A stretch of DNA of 64,000 nt from an uncultured Gemmatimonadaceae bacterium (GCA_963716745.1 OY970320.1:2528001-2592000), one strand, 5' to 3'; numbered from the stretch's first letter, positions 10,436 through 22,389 are shown. Notes: generated by a model not told the origin, from the letters alone. Numbers and translations are program-made.

Positions 10436-10803
10436 GAGCTCGGCGCGGCCTCGGCGGTCTTGGGCGTGACCTTGGCGATCTTGCCGCGCTCCACCACGAG
10501 CTTCGCTTCGCCCGAGCGGATCGTGATCAGGTCATCGAGCGTCGCGACCGACGTCGCCGTCCGTGACCTTCTGTTGCAGGTGGACGACGTGCGCGACGAT
10601 GCCGCCCGTCGTCACGATCTCATCGCCCTTCTTGAGCGCGAGGAGCATCGCCTCCTGCTGCTTCCGCTGCTTCTGCTGCGGGCGGATGATGATGAAATAG
10701 AAGATGGCGACCATCGCGCCGATCTGGAACACGAAAGGCATGAGGCTCGACGAGCCGCCGGGTGCGTTCTGCATGAGCGCGAGTGCGAAAGAGAGATTCA
10801 TCA

Positions 10804-10804
<1 letters not shown>
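10432..10804 (-). CDS. yajC: Preprotein translocase subunit YajC (apparent frameshift near 10550)
   Basis: FYFIIIRPQQKQRK...LKKGDEIVTTGGI; downstream of tgt; C-terminus DDLITIRSGEAKLVVERGKI in adjacent frame. Confidence 0.9.
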
Positions 10805-11967
<1,163 letters not shown>

Positions 11968-11997
11968 CTACTTGTTACGAACCGCTGCCGGCGGGGG

Positions 11998-12129
11998 TGG
12001 CACCGCTACGGCGGGCTTGGTACCGCTGAGGGCGGCGTGTGTCGGCGCGATTGGCGTTGGGGCCGCACGCCATGCCATATCAACGCCAACCGCCGTCAGC
12101 GGTGCCAGTACCCGTCTCCGCGGTACCAA
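11998..12129. repeat. Nested palindromic intergenic element (REP/MITE-like) built on (C)AGCGGTACCA motifs
   Basis: TGGCACCGC and TTGGTACCGCTGA pair with TCAGCGGTGCCA and GCGGTACCAA; inner stem TTGGCGTTG/CAACGCCAA. Confidence 0.6.
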
Positions 12130-12144
12130 CGTCGCCGTCATCCG

Positions 12145-13194
12145 TTAGATGATCACCATCGCGTCCCCATACGAGTAGAACCTGTACCCCTCCTCCAGCG
12201 CGACAGCGATACGCCGCATGGTGAGTTCATATCCCGCCATCGCCGCCACCAGCATGAGCAGCGTGGATCGCGGCAGATGGAAATTCGTGAGCAATTTGTC
12301 CACGACCTTGAACTCATACCCCGGCCTGATGAACAGCCGCGTCTCCCCCCGCCCGGCGGTCACGATGCGCCCTTCAGCTGCCGCGCTCTCCAGCACACGC
12401 GCGCTCGTCGTGCCCACCGCCCACACATTCCCGCCCGCCGCGCGCACCTCCGCGATCGTGTGCGCCGCGCTCTCGCTCACCTCATACGGTTCTTCGTGCA
12501 TCACGTGCGCCGCGGGATCCTCCACTTCCACCGGCTTGAACGTGCCCGCGCCCACGTGCAGCAGCACTTCAACGCGACGCACGCCGCGCGCCTCGAGACG
12601 CTCGAGCAGTTCCGGCGTGAAATGCAGTCCCGCCGTGGGCGCCGCCACCGAGCCCAGCTCACGCGAGTACACGGTCTGATACCGCTCCGCATCGGCCGCG
12701 CCGTCGGGCCGCGCGATGTACGGCGGCAGTGGCACGTGTCCATGCCGCTCGATCGCCGCCGTCGCGCCCTCCGCCGCATGCAGCCGCACGACGCGCGTGC
12801 CACGTTCGGTGGTCTCGACGATCTCCACGTCGAACCCCGGTGCGATGTGCAGCACGCGCTCCGGCTTCAGCTTCGCACCGGGATGCACCATCGCCTCCCA
12901 TCGCTCTTCATCGAGCGCGCGCAGCAGCATCACCTCGCCCGGCGCACCGGAGTCGCGCGTGCCCAATAGTCGCGCGCGCATCACGCGCGTGGTGTTCACC
13001 ACCAGCGCATCGCCCGGCGCGATCAGCGATTCGATCTCTCCGAATGCGCGATGCGCGATGGTCCCGTGCTCGCGGTCGAGCACCATGAGGCGGCTCGCGT
13101 CGCGGCGCGCCGCCGGCGACTGGGCGATCCGGCCATCCGGGAGCGTGAACTCATAATCCGCGCTGCGGAGTCCGCGCGCGTCCGGCGCGTTCAC
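12145..13194 (-). CDS. queA: S-adenosylmethionine:tRNA ribosyltransferase-isomerase
   Basis: PLPPYIAR, YQTVY, GSVAAPTAGLHFT, TNFHLPRSTLL, YRFYSYGDAM. Confidence 0.97.
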   Translation of the reverse strand: MNAPDARGLRSADYEFTLPDGRIAQSPAARRDASRLMVLDREHGTIAHRAFGEIESLIAPGDALVVNTTRVMRARLLGTRDSGAPGEVMLLRALDEERWEAMVHPGAKLKPERVLHIAPGFDVEIVETTERGTRVVRLHAAEGATAAIERHGHVPLPPYIARPDGAADAERYQTVYSRELGSVAAPTAGLHFTPELLERLEARGVRRVEVLLHVGAGTFKPVEVEDPAAHVMHEEPYEVSESAAHTIAEVRAAGGNVWAVGTTSARVLESAAAEGRIVTAGRGETRLFIRPGYEFKVVDKLLTNFHLPRSTLLMLVAAMAGYELTMRRIAVALEEGYRFYSYGDAMVII

Positions 13195-15398
13195 TCGAGA
13201 ACGGTGATCGACGAGGTCTGCCGTGTGGTGGCGTTGGAGACGAGGTCGGTCACGTCCACGGTCACCGTGTAGCGGCCCGCCGGCGCTCCGCCGAGCTCGA
13301 GCGAGACGAAGTCCACGAGCACGTCGCTGGCCGGCGTCTCGCGCGGGAAGGTGAGCGATACTTTGTCCTCGCCACTCGCGGAGAGACCCACCGCGCTCGC
13401 GACCCCGCCCACGATCTTCGCGACGAATCCGCCGAAGCCGCCGGGCCGCACGCGCTGGACGGTCACGGTCACATTGTACCGGTCGTTGCCGCGCTGCGGT
13501 GTGAGGCCGTACGTCTCCCAGAGCAGAGAGAAGGCGTGGCCCTTCTTCACGAAGCCCATGTTCGGCGCGATCAGGAAATCCGACCATCGCTCGGCGCCTA
13601 CCTTGCGCGGCGTGACCTGCTCGGCGACGAGCAGATCGCTGAGGCCGAATCCGGACTCTCCCACCATCTCGATGCGGCTGGCCGCGCGCGCGCCGCGCCG
13701 CGCGTCGGGCTGGAGCGCCTCCACGCGGTACAGGAACGATCCGGCATGCAGCCGCGTGCGCCAGGCGCGCACTTCCACGGGATCGGTGTGGGTGAAGTCG
13801 ATCAATTCATGGATGTGCCGCACGAACACCGGGCGCCCGCGCCAGGTGAATGCGCTGATCGAGATGTCCATCGCGCCGCGCGCGAGGTCCACGTCCTCGA
13901 TCATGCGCGCGATCGGCAGCGCCGCGGCGACGAACACATCGCCCGAATCGCTGCCGGCGCGGAAGCGCACGAGCTGCACCGCGATCGAGTCCACCATGTT
14001 CCGCTCGCCGACGTTCGTGAACACGACCGGGATCGTGTCGCGCAGGCGCTCGAGTTCCTTCTGATCCTCGGGCTCCAGTCGCGCGATCCCGTAGGTGGGC
14101 AGCTGGCGGAACAGGAACGCTTCGTCCTTCGTGTACCACCAGAGCTGGTGCAGTTGCATCTCATTCTGGCGCGTCGGGTCCGGCGGGAACGAGATCACCG
14201 CGGGCGGCGGCCCGTAGCGGACGTACACCTCGCCTTCATCGGTGTCCGCGCCGTGCACGTTGAACTCCTCCACGGAGTATCGGAGTTCCGCGAACACTAC
14301 GCGGCTGAGGAATTCGAGGTGATGCTCGTTGTCCGGCGTCGCCCAGAGCGGATCCACCATCAACCAGTACATCTGCGCGTCGGCCGCCTGGTCCGACGGC
14401 GGGAGCCGCGACTGGATCGCGGAATCGCGCGGCGTGGTGACGCGCGAGATCCGGTCGAACCGCGCATGCATGTCGGGAGTCATGTACTTGAGCGCGGAGT
14501 CGAACGCGGCGGCCGCCGCGGGTGCGTCATGCAGCCGGTGCGCCGACATGCCCGCGGCCATCCAGCCCCATGGGTCCTTCGGATACGAGAGCAGCCGCAG
14601 CCGCGCGTTGTGCTGCGCTTCCATCCACCGCTTCCGGTCCACGAGCAGCATCAGCTCGTGGCGGAACGCCCGCTGGTTCTGCGGATCGTTCGCGAGCGCC
14701 GCGCCGAAGTACTGCGCGGCGGTGAGATACTCGACTTGCCCCGACCAATCCTGCGCCGACGCGCGGATGTCCTCGTTGTCCACGAAGTACGCGATCGAGC
14801 GCGGATCCCTCAGGAAGTTGCGGTCCTTCACGTTCTTGATCACCGCGCTGTAGATCGTGCGGTCCGCCTGGTCCACGTATTTCCGCCACCACACGAGCCC
14901 CATCTCGTCCGACGAATAGGAGATCGCGAGCGAGTCGCCCTTCCGGTTCGCGATCTCGAGCGCGTGCTCGAAGAGTCCGCGCGCGTTGCCGCGCGTGCCC
15001 GCCGAGTTCGACGTGAGGTCGAAGCGTCCCAGGTCCACGAGGTACCGCGGCATGTCGGGCGCCAGCTTCACCGCGCGGCGAAGGGAGCTGTCCGCGGCCA
15101 AGAGCAGGGTGTCGTTCGACACACGTTTCATGTAGCCAATGCGGTCCTCGGCGCGCGACATGTGCCAGGCGAGCACGCCGCGCGCGTTCCACGCCGCGGC
15201 GTCGTCCTTGTGGAGCATCACCGCTTCGTCGAGCGCGCGGCGCGCGGCCATGCTGTCACCCGCGCCGAGCAGCGAATCGGCGAGGATCACCTGGTCCTGT
15301 CCCACCTGCGCCGCGAGGCGCGCGGGCACGGATGAGGCGGACGCGAACATCGCGGCGCCAATGAGGGCCGCCGCGGAGAACGACGACGTTCCACGCAT
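13191..15398 (-). CDS. Secreted TPR + GWxTD-like domain protein
   Basis: Signal peptide, TPR-like helices, DPLWATPDNE...RVVFAELRYS...GADTDEGEVYVRYGPP. Confidence 0.75.
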   Translation of the reverse strand: MRGTSSFSAAALIGAAMFASASSVPARLAAQVGQDQVILADSLLGAGDSMAARRALDEAVMLHKDDAAAWNARGVLAWHMSRAEDRIGYMKRVSNDTLLLAADSSLRRAVKLAPDMPRYLVDLGRFDLTSNSAGTRGNARGLFEHALEIANRKGDSLAISYSSDEMGLVWWRKYVDQADRTIYSAVIKNVKDRNFLRDPRSIAYFVDNEDIRASAQDWSGQVEYLTAAQYFGAALANDPQNQRAFRHELMLLVDRKRWMEAQHNARLRLLSYPKDPWGWMAAGMSAHRLHDAPAAAAAFDSALKYMTPDMHARFDRISRVTTPRDSAIQSRLPPSDQAADAQMYWLMVDPLWATPDNEHHLEFLSRVVFAELRYSVEEFNVHGADTDEGEVYVRYGPPPAVISFPPDPTRQNEMQLHQLWWYTKDEAFLFRQLPTYGIARLEPEDQKELERLRDTIPVVFTNVGERNMVDSIAVQLVRFRAGSDSGDVFVAAALPIARMIEDVDLARGAMDISISAFTWRGRPVFVRHIHELIDFTHTDPVEVRAWRTRLHAGSFLYRVEALQPDARRGARAASRIEMVGESGFGLSDLLVAEQVTPRKVGAERWSDFLIAPNMGFVKKGHAFSLLWETYGLTPQRGNDRYNVTVTVQRVRPGGFGGFVAKIVGGVASAVGLSASGEDKVSLTFPRETPASDVLVDFVSLELGGAPAGRYTVTVDVTDLVSNATTRQTSSITVLE

Positions 15399-15459
15399 GA
15401 TGAATCAATTGCGGTGCGGGCCGCGCACTGTCAAGCGACGCGCGAGCTGTTACACGCCG

Positions 15460-16491
15460 CTAGAGCAACCGCGTTTGTTCCGGGTCGCCGGGACGTGGAA
15501 CTTCGTACCCGAAGTGGCGGTAAGCCTGGGGCGTCGCCATGCGCCCGCGCGGCGTGCGCTGCAGGAAGCCGTTCTGCACGAGGAAAGGTTCGTACACTTC
15601 CTCGATCGTGTTCGCGTCCTCGCCCACCGCCGCGGCGATCGTGTTGATCCCCACCGGGCCGCCGTCGAACTTCTCGATCAAGAGGCGCAGCACGCGCGCG
15701 TCCATGTCGTCGAGTCCGAATTCATCCACCTCGAGCATCTCGAGCGCCTGCTGCGCGACGGCATGCGTGATGCGGCCATCGGATTTCACCTGCGCGTAGT
15801 CGCGCACGCGGCGCAGCAGCCGGTTGGCGACGCGGGGCGTGCCGCGCGCGCGCCGCGCCAGCTCGAGCGTGCCGCCCTTCTCGACCTCCACGCCCACGAC
15901 GTCGGCGGAGCGCGAGACGATCTGCTCGAGATCCTCCACCGGATAGTAGTTGAGCCGCTGCACGATGCCGAAGCGCGCGCGCATCGGCGGCGTGAGCTGG
16001 CCGAACCGCGTGGTGGCGCCGATGAGCGTGAAGTGCTCGATCGGCATGGTCACGGTCTGCGCCTTCGGTCCGTCGGAGAGGCGGATGTCGATCTTGTAGT
16101 CCTCCATCGCCGGATAGAGGAATTCCTCGATGATCGGCCGCAGGCGATGGATCTCGTCGATGAAGAGGATGTCGCCGGCGCGGAGATTCGTGAGCGTGCT
16201 CACGAGATCGCCCGGCTTCTCGAGCGCCGGCCCCGACGTCGCGCGGATGTTGACGCCCATCTCGCGCGCGATGAGCTCCGCGAGCGTGGTCTTGCCGAGG
16301 CCCGGCGGCCCGTAGAAGAGCACGTGGTCCAGCGGCTCTTTGCGCGCCGTGGCCGCGTCGATGTAGATGCGCAGCGCGTCCTTCACCTTGCCCTGTCCGA
16401 TGAATTCCGCGAGCCGCTGCGGCCGCAGCGACAGCTCGACCACGGTCTCCTCGGGGATCGCTTCGGGCGTCGTGATCTCGGCGCGGGTCAT
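15460..16491 (-). CDS. ruvB: Holliday junction helicase RuvB
   Basis: [41 protein letters not shown]. Confidence 0.98.
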   Translation of the reverse strand: MTRAEITTPEAIPEETVVELSLRPQRLAEFIGQGKVKDALRIYIDAATARKEPLDHVLFYGPPGLGKTTLAELIAREMGVNIRATSGPALEKPGDLVSTLTNLRAGDILFIDEIHRLRPIIEEFLYPAMEDYKIDIRLSDGPKAQTVTMPIEHFTLIGATTRFGQLTPPMRARFGIVQRLNYYPVEDLEQIVSRSADVVGVEVEKGGTLELARRARGTPRVANRLLRRVRDYAQVKSDGRITHAVAQQALEMLEVDEFGLDDMDARVLRLLIEKFDGGPVGINTIAAAVGEDANTIEEVYEPFLVQNGFLQRTPRGRMATPQAYRHFGYEVPRPGDPEQTRLL

Positions 16492-16500
16492 GGCTACAGG

Positions 16501-17655
16501 TTAGACGTGCGCTCTGACCTTCGCCAGCCGCTCCGCCGCCTTCTCGAGCGTCGCGAGTTGCTTGCAGAAGGCGAAGCGCACGATGGTCTTCCCGCCATTC
16601 GCGTGATAGAAACTCGACCCCGGCACCGTCGCGACGCCGATCTCTTTGGTCATCCAGTGCGCGAACTTCGTGTCGTCGAGGTCGCTCATCGCCGAGAAAT
16701 CGGCCATGATGTAGTAGGCGCCTTCGGGCACGCTGAACGCGAAGCCCGCCTCCGTGAGCCCCTTCACCATCACGTCGCGGCGCGCGCGGTACTCGAGCCC
16801 CATCTGGTTGTAGTACTCGGCTCCGAACGCCATCCCCACCGCCGCGGCCTGCTGCAGCGGCGCGGGCGCCCCCACCGTGAGGAAATCGTGCACCTTGCGG
16901 ATGGCGACACTCTCGTTGGCCGGCGCGATCGCGTAGCCGAGCCGCCAGCCCGTGCAGGCGAACGTCTTCGAGTGGCCGGAGATCGTCACCGTGCGCTCGG
17001 CCATCCCGGGCCATGTCGCCAACACATGATGGTCGCCCGCGTAACGAATGTGCTCGTAGATCTCGTCGGTGAACGCCCACAGGTCGTGCTCGATGCACAG
17101 CGCCGCGATCGCATCCATCTCGGCGCGCGTGAACACGCGCCCCGTCGGGTTGTGCGGCGTGTTCACGACGATCGCTTTGGTCTTCTTCGTCACCGCCTTG
17201 CGCAGCCGGTCGAGGTCGAGCGTCCAGTTCGGCGGCTCGAGCGGCACGAACACCGGCTTCGCTTCGGCAAGGATCGCGTCGGGGCCGTAGTTCTCGTACC
17301 ACGGCTCGAAGATGATGACCTCGTCGCCGGGGTCGATCATCGCGAGGAACACCGCCGCCATCGCCTCCGTGGCCCCGCACGTCACCGTCACGTGCTTGTC
17401 GGGATCCACCGGCATGTTGTACCAGCGACGGTACTTCTCGGCGATCGCGAGCCGCAGCGGCGCCGCGCCCCACGTCACCGCGTACTGGTTGATGTCGCCG
17501 TGGATCGCCGCGCAGGCCGCGTCCTTCATCGCTTCGGGCATCGGGAAATCGGGAAAGCCCTGCGCGAGATTCAGCGCGCCGTGCTCGGTCGCGACCCGCG
17601 TCATCTCGCGGATCACGCTCTCGGTGAACGTGTGCGTGCGGCGGGCAGTGCTCAC
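16501..17655 (-). CDS. PLP-dependent class I/II aminotransferase (YbdL-like)
   Basis: NLAQGFPDF, NTPHNPTG, DEIYEH, SKTFACTGWRLG. Confidence 0.92.
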   Translation of the reverse strand: MSTARRTHTFTESVIREMTRVATEHGALNLAQGFPDFPMPEAMKDAACAAIHGDINQYAVTWGAAPLRLAIAEKYRRWYNMPVDPDKHVTVTCGATEAMAAVFLAMIDPGDEVIIFEPWYENYGPDAILAEAKPVFVPLEPPNWTLDLDRLRKAVTKKTKAIVVNTPHNPTGRVFTRAEMDAIAALCIEHDLWAFTDEIYEHIRYAGDHHVLATWPGMAERTVTISGHSKTFACTGWRLGYAIAPANESVAIRKVHDFLTVGAPAPLQQAAAVGMAFGAEYYNQMGLEYRARRDVMVKGLTEAGFAFSVPEGAYYIMADFSAMSDLDDTKFAHWMTKEIGVATVPGSSFYHANGGKTIVRFAFCKQLATLEKAAERLAKVRAHV

Positions 17656-18260
17656 TTGCGACCTCCCACTCGAGTGAGTGCGGCGCGGATCAGCTCGGTG
17701 GCCGACGCCGGCCGCCCGTTCGCGTCGAGCGCGGCGCGCACCGCCTTCTCGGCGTCCGCCGCATTGTAACCCAACGACACCAGCGCGCGCACGGCGTCCT
17801 CCGCGTTCGCGCTCTCCGCGCGCGGCGCTCCACCGTCGCGCGCGGCCGGGCTCAGATCATCCAACTTGTCGCCCAGTTCCAGGAAGAGACGCTCGGCCAT
17901 CTTCTGCCCCACGCGCGGCACGCCCTGCAGCGTCGCGCGGTCCTTCTCGCGGATCGCGCGCACGACGCGCTCGGCGCTCAGCGCCGATAGCATGCCGAGC
18001 GCGAGCGCGGGGCCCACGCCGCTCGCGCCGATGAGCTTCTGGAACACGCGCTTCTCGAACGCGCTCGCGAATCCCACGAGGAAGAGCGCGTCATCGCGCA
18101 CCACGAGATGCGTGTGCAGCTGCGCCGGCTCGCCCACCTTGGGCAGCGTCTCGTAGACGCCGAGCGGGATGAGCAATTCGTACGCGACGCCGCCGCTGGT
18201 GAGGATCTCCACGCGGTCGAGCTCTTTCGCGACGAGCGTGCCTTTGAGCTGGGAGATCAT
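17652..18260 (-). CDS. ruvA: Holliday junction branch migration protein RuvA
   Basis: MISQLKG, GVAYEL, LHTHLVVRDD, SGVGPALAL, ALVSLGY. Confidence 0.96.
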   Translation of the reverse strand: MISQLKGTLVAKELDRVEILTSGGVAYELLIPLGVYETLPKVGEPAQLHTHLVVRDDALFLVGFASAFEKRVFQKLIGASGVGPALALGMLSALSAERVVRAIREKDRATLQGVPRVGQKMAERLFLELGDKLDDLSPAARDGGAPRAESANAEDAVRALVSLGYNAADAEKAVRAALDANGRPASATELIRAALTRVGGRK

Positions 18261-18782
18261 GCGCGGCGCGCGCGCGGTGCGGGTTCGGCGCGCGCGGCGA
18301 TGCGCGCGAGATGCGCGCCCATGAGATGCGCGAGCGCCGCGGCCACGCCGTCGGCCGCGTCGGCCGGCTCCGGCGCGCGCGTGAGACGCAGCAGCTGCGT
18401 CACCATGAATTGCACCTGCACCTTCGTGGCGCCGCCGTTGCCGCACACGGATTTCTTCACCGCCGCGGGTGCGTACTCGTGCACCGGGATCCCGGCCTGC
18501 TCGGCCGCGAGCAGCGCGACGCCGCGCGCGTGCCCGAGCACCACCGTGGTGCGGACGTTCTTCGCGTAGAACACATCCTCGATGGCCAGCGCGTGCGGCT
18601 TGTGCCGCGCGATGAGTTCGGCGATCGCTTCGTGAATGCCGCGCAGGCGGACGGGCAGGGGATCGCGTGCCGGCGTCCGGATCACGCCGCATTCGATGAG
18701 CTTGCGGCGCGCCGTGCGCCTCGCCCGCCACGACGCCGTAGCCGGTGATCGCGGTGCCGGGGTCGATCCCGAGCACGATCAC
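18257..18782 (-). CDS. ruvC: Crossover junction endodeoxyribonuclease RuvC (apparent frameshift near 18705)
   Basis: VLGIDPGTAITGYG, AIEDVFYAKN, LGHARGV, DAADGVAAA. Confidence 0.93.
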
Positions 18783-18792
18783 GGGTGTCGGC

Positions 18793-19536
18793 TCACGCCT
18801 TGGCCATCTCAGCCAAGTCGATGTCGAAGTTCGATTCCACCTTCTGCACGTCGTCGAGGTCCTCGAGTTCTTCCATTAGCTTGAGCACCGCTTCGGCGTT
18901 CTTCCCCTCGACTTTCACGGAATTCTTGGGGAGCATGGTGATCTCGGCTTCCTGCACCGCGATCTTCTTCGCTTCGAGCGCCGTGCGCACCGCGTGCAGG
19001 TCCGATGGGTCGGTGGTGATCACGAACTGGCCGTCGGCCGTGACGACATCCTCGGCGCCGCCCTCGAGCGCGGCCTCCATCGTCACGTCCTCGGGGAATT
19101 TCGCGGCGTCCACGTAGATCTGCCCCTTCCGGTCGAACATCCACGCCACCGAGTTCGTCGCGCCGAAATTCCCGCCCGCATGCGTGAGCGCGAAGCGCAC
19201 CTCGGCCACCGTGCGAGTGGGATTGTCGGTGAGCGCGTGCACGAGGAGCGCGACGCCGCCAGGACCGTAGCCCTCGTACATCACTTCCACGTAGTCGACG
19301 CCTTCGAGCTCGCCCGTGCCCTTCTTCACCGCGCGCTCGATGTTCTCCTTGGGCATCGACGATGCCCGCGCGGCCTCGATCGCCACGCGCAGGCGCGGGT
19401 TCCCCGTGGGATCACCGCCGCCCGCTTTCGCCGCGACCGTGATCTCGCGGATGAGCTTCGTGAACATGGCGCCACGCTTCTTGTCGGTGGCGGCCTTGTA
19501 GTGCTTGATCTGCTTCCATTTGCTGTGACCAGCCAT
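18793..19536 (-). CDS. yebC: YebC/PmpR family protein
   Basis: MAGHSKWKQIKH, YEGYGPGG, DLDDVQKV. Confidence 0.97.
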   Translation of the reverse strand: MAGHSKWKQIKHYKAATDKKRGAMFTKLIREITVAAKAGGGDPTGNPRLRVAIEAARASSMPKENIERAVKKGTGELEGVDYVEVMYEGYGPGGVALLVHALTDNPTRTVAEVRFALTHAGGNFGATNSVAWMFDRKGQIYVDAAKFPEDVTMEAALEGGAEDVVTADGQFVITTDPSDLHAVRTALEAKKIAVQEAEITMLPKNSVKVEGKNAEAVLKLMEELEDLDDVQKVESNFDIDLAEMAKA

Positions 19537-19717
19537 GCGACCGCTCCCAAGCGATGCGTGTGACCCGTGATGACGCTACAAGGATAAGGCTCGCGGGGCG
19601 CCCTGAGAAGATGAGGCGGGCGCTTCGGAGCGCTTGCACTCGCCCGGACCGCGGGCATATTCTCTCGGCCGCGGTCCACCGACCGCGAGCAGTGCCGGAT
19701 CCTTCGGGAGGTCGCTC

Positions 19718-20923
19718 GTGCTGAAGTCCCAATCGATGTTCAGATGGAGACCCGCTCATGCCGGCGCCGCGGCGATGCTCGTCGCGGCGCTTGCCGCGTG
19801 CTCGGGCGGCGACCGGCTGCCAGCCGTGCCCGTCGAATTGCAGGATCAGGCCGAGATCCCCGGGATGCCGGGCGTGCGGGCCTCGGGCAGCACCGCAGTG
19901 CTCGAGCAGGATTTCCGCGATGGCATCCAGAAGGAGCGCGATGCGCTCAAGGCGGCCGGCCACACGGGGCCGCTGCCGACCGCGAATTTCCTCGCGTTGT
20001 CGGGCGGCGGCGACAAAGGCGCGTTCGGCGCGGGGATCCTCGTGGGATGGACGAAGCAGGGCACACGTCCGGAGTTCAAGCTGGTCACCGGCGTCAGCAC
20101 CGGCGCGCTCATCGCGCCCTTCGCCTTCCTCGGACCGAAGTACGATTCGGAATTGCAGGCGGTCTACACGAACATCTCGAACAAAGACATCATGACGAAG
20201 CGCCTGCCATTGGCGGCGATCACCGACGATGCGATGGCGGACAACGCGCCACTCTGGGCGCTGATGAGCAAGTACGTGAACGATTCCATGATGCACGACA
20301 TCGCGGCCGCGTACGCGAAGGGCCGCTTCCTGCTGATCGGCACGGCGAATCTCGACAACATGCACCCGACGGTGTGGAACATCGGGAAGATCGCGTCCAG
20401 CGGGAGTCCCAACGCGCTGCACCTGATCCAGAGCATCCTCATCGCGTCGGCGGCGATCCCGGGCGCGTTCCCGCCGGTGCTCATCGAGGTGGAGGCCGGC
20501 GGGAAGAAGTACAGCGAGATGCACGTGGATGGTGGCACGGTGTCGCAGGTGTTCGTCTACCCGATCTCCATTCGCCTGAATGAGGCGGCCGCGAAGGCGG
20601 GCGTCCAGCGCGAGCGCAAGATGTACGTGATCCGCAACGCGCGGCTCGACCCCGATTGGGAGAACGTCGAGCGGAAGGTGTACTCGATCGCGGGCCGCTC
20701 GATCTCGTCGCTCATCCAGACGCAGGGGCGCGGCGATCTCTTCCGAATCCATAGCGCGGCGCTGCGCGATTCCGTGGACTTCAACCTCGCGTTCATCCCC
20801 GCGACCTTCAACGCACCGCACCCGGATGACTTCGACACGGGATTCATGCGCACGTTGTTCAAGTTCGGGTACGATCTCGCGGTGAACGGCTACCCCTGGT
20901 CGAAGGCGCCGCCCGGCTACTGA
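19718..20923 (+). CDS. Patatin-like phospholipase lipoprotein
   Basis: GGGAGG RBS before GTG; lipobox LAAC; LALSGGGDKGAFG, GVSTG and DGG motifs. Confidence 0.88.
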   Translation: MLKSQSMFRWRPAHAGAAAMLVAALAACSGGDRLPAVPVELQDQAEIPGMPGVRASGSTAVLEQDFRDGIQKERDALKAAGHTGPLPTANFLALSGGGDKGAFGAGILVGWTKQGTRPEFKLVTGVSTGALIAPFAFLGPKYDSELQAVYTNISNKDIMTKRLPLAAITDDAMADNAPLWALMSKYVNDSMMHDIAAAYAKGRFLLIGTANLDNMHPTVWNIGKIASSGSPNALHLIQSILIASAAIPGAFPPVLIEVEAGGKKYSEMHVDGGTVSQVFVYPISIRLNEAAAKAGVQRERKMYVIRNARLDPDWENVERKVYSIAGRSISSLIQTQGRGDLFRIHSAALRDSVDFNLAFIPATFNAPHPDDFDTGFMRTLFKFGYDLAVNGYPWSKAPPGY

Positions 20924-22389
20924 AAGAGGAAGTGGTCCGTCCGCTCGACAACATACGGGAAGAACGGGTTGTATCGCAGGCGTACCAGGGCGCTGGCCGG
21001 CACCGCGAGCACGCCCTTCTCCCCGAACACTTCCGGCCGGCCCAGATAGAGCGGTCCGTGCTTCGATGGCGGCGTCGCTCCGTAGAGCGGATCGTCGGGC
21101 GCGACCGGCAGCGCCGAGTGCGAGAGTGCGAAGATCCCGTTCGGCCACGCGAGACCCGTCGGCTCGCTCCGCACCGTGCTGTCGCCGGCCGCACGCCGCA
21201 ACGCGACGACTTCCCTGCTCAGCGTATCCCGGTTCGTCACGAGCGTGACATCGAATGGCCACGTCGGGGCATGCAACAGCCGCTCGGCGGGGTCGCGACT
21301 GTCGGGGCGCAGCAGCGGGCCGGCGTCGGCGTACCGGTTGATGTCGAACGCCACCACCTCGTGCCCTTCCGGGGCGAGGTGCGACATGAAGATCTCGATG
21401 ATCGCCACCGGCGACACCGTTGCATCGGCCACCGACTGGAAGACGAGCGTGCGCGGGAATCCGTGCACCGGCCCCTTCGCCCGGAGGCGCGCCATCTGCG
21501 CCTCGATCTCCTGCGTGAGTTCGTAGATCTGCTGCCCGGCGTTCACGGGAAAGGAGTTGTACTTGTACGGATCGTACTCGGGGACGACGTCGAGCCACGC
21601 GAGCTTGCCCAGTCCGGGCAGCCGCGAGATCCGCGATTGCCACACCGCGAGGAACGCCATGGGATCGACGCCGATCGCGGGGGAGAAGAGCACCAGCGCA
21701 TCGACGCGCGGCGACTGCTCGCCCTCGAGCCGCGCGAGCGCGTATTGCACCGACAACGCGGAGCCCGTGGAGAAGCCGACGAGATAGACGGGCGCGTCCG
21801 GCCCGACTTTGCCGCGCACGTGCCGCGCCGCCATGCGCACCGCCGCCGCCCAGTCCTGCCAATGCACGGTCTTGAGCGCCGACGGCGCCGTGCCGTGACC
21901 GGGAAGTCGCAGCCCCACGACCCAACAGCCGTGCTCGTGCAGATTCGCGGCGATCGCACGAAGTACGTACGGCGAATCTGTAAGCCCATGGACCATCAGC
22001 GCGCCACACTTCGGCTTGTCGGCCGGCAATTCGTAGGTGCGATTGAGGTTCTCTTTGTACGACGTGGCGTCGGCGAGACTGCCGCGCGAGTAGCGGTTCA
22101 GACGACGGCGATCGGCCTCGGCGGTGCGATCGTAGACGTCGTGCTGCAGCTCGGCGAACAGCCGATCCTCGAGTTTTCGATACGCGTCGATGTCGGGAAC
22201 GCGGGTACTATCGGCGGCGGTGAATTCTTCGCCGAGCTGCGCGGTGTGCCACGGCTTGAGACTTGGGACCCGATGCACGCCGAGGTACAGGATTCCGGCG
22301 AAGAGCATGACGATCGCGCCGATGACGCCATACACGATGAATTTCAACGTGTGCTTCAGGAACGACGCGATCACTCGGACGGGATTCAT
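20917..22389 (-). CDS. Membrane-anchored alpha/beta hydrolase
   Basis: N-terminal TM; HGLTDSP, LPGHG, GFSTG nucleophile elbow, ALSH. Confidence 0.88.
   Translation of the reverse strand: MNPVRVIASFLKHTLKFIVYGVIGAIVMLFAGILYLGVHRVPSLKPWHTAQLGEEFTAADSTRVPDIDAYRKLEDRLFAELQHDVYDRTAEADRRRLNRYSRGSLADATSYKENLNRTYELPADKPKCGALMVHGLTDSPYVLRAIAANLHEHGCWVVGLRLPGHGTAPSALKTVHWQDWAAAVRMAARHVRGKVGPDAPVYLVGFSTGSALSVQYALARLEGEQSPRVDALVLFSPAIGVDPMAFLAVWQSRISRLPGLGKLAWLDVVPEYDPYKYNSFPVNAGQQIYELTQEIEAQMARLRAKGPVHGFPRTLVFQSVADATVSPVAIIEIFMSHLAPEGHEVVAFDINRYADAGPLLRPDSRDPAERLLHAPTWPFDVTLVTNRDTLSREVVALRRAAGDSTVRSEPTGLAWPNGIFALSHSALPVAPDDPLYGATPPSKHGPLYLGRPEVFGEKGVLAVPASALVRLRYNPFFPYVVERTDHFLFQ

Noticed and set aside
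15139..17769. 876-aa plus-strand ORF and similar long ORFs (19412-22009, 23481-24998, 24977-26998, 53060-55030)
   Set aside because: Antisense or off-frame shadows of well-supported genes in GC-rich DNA, with no recognisable motifs
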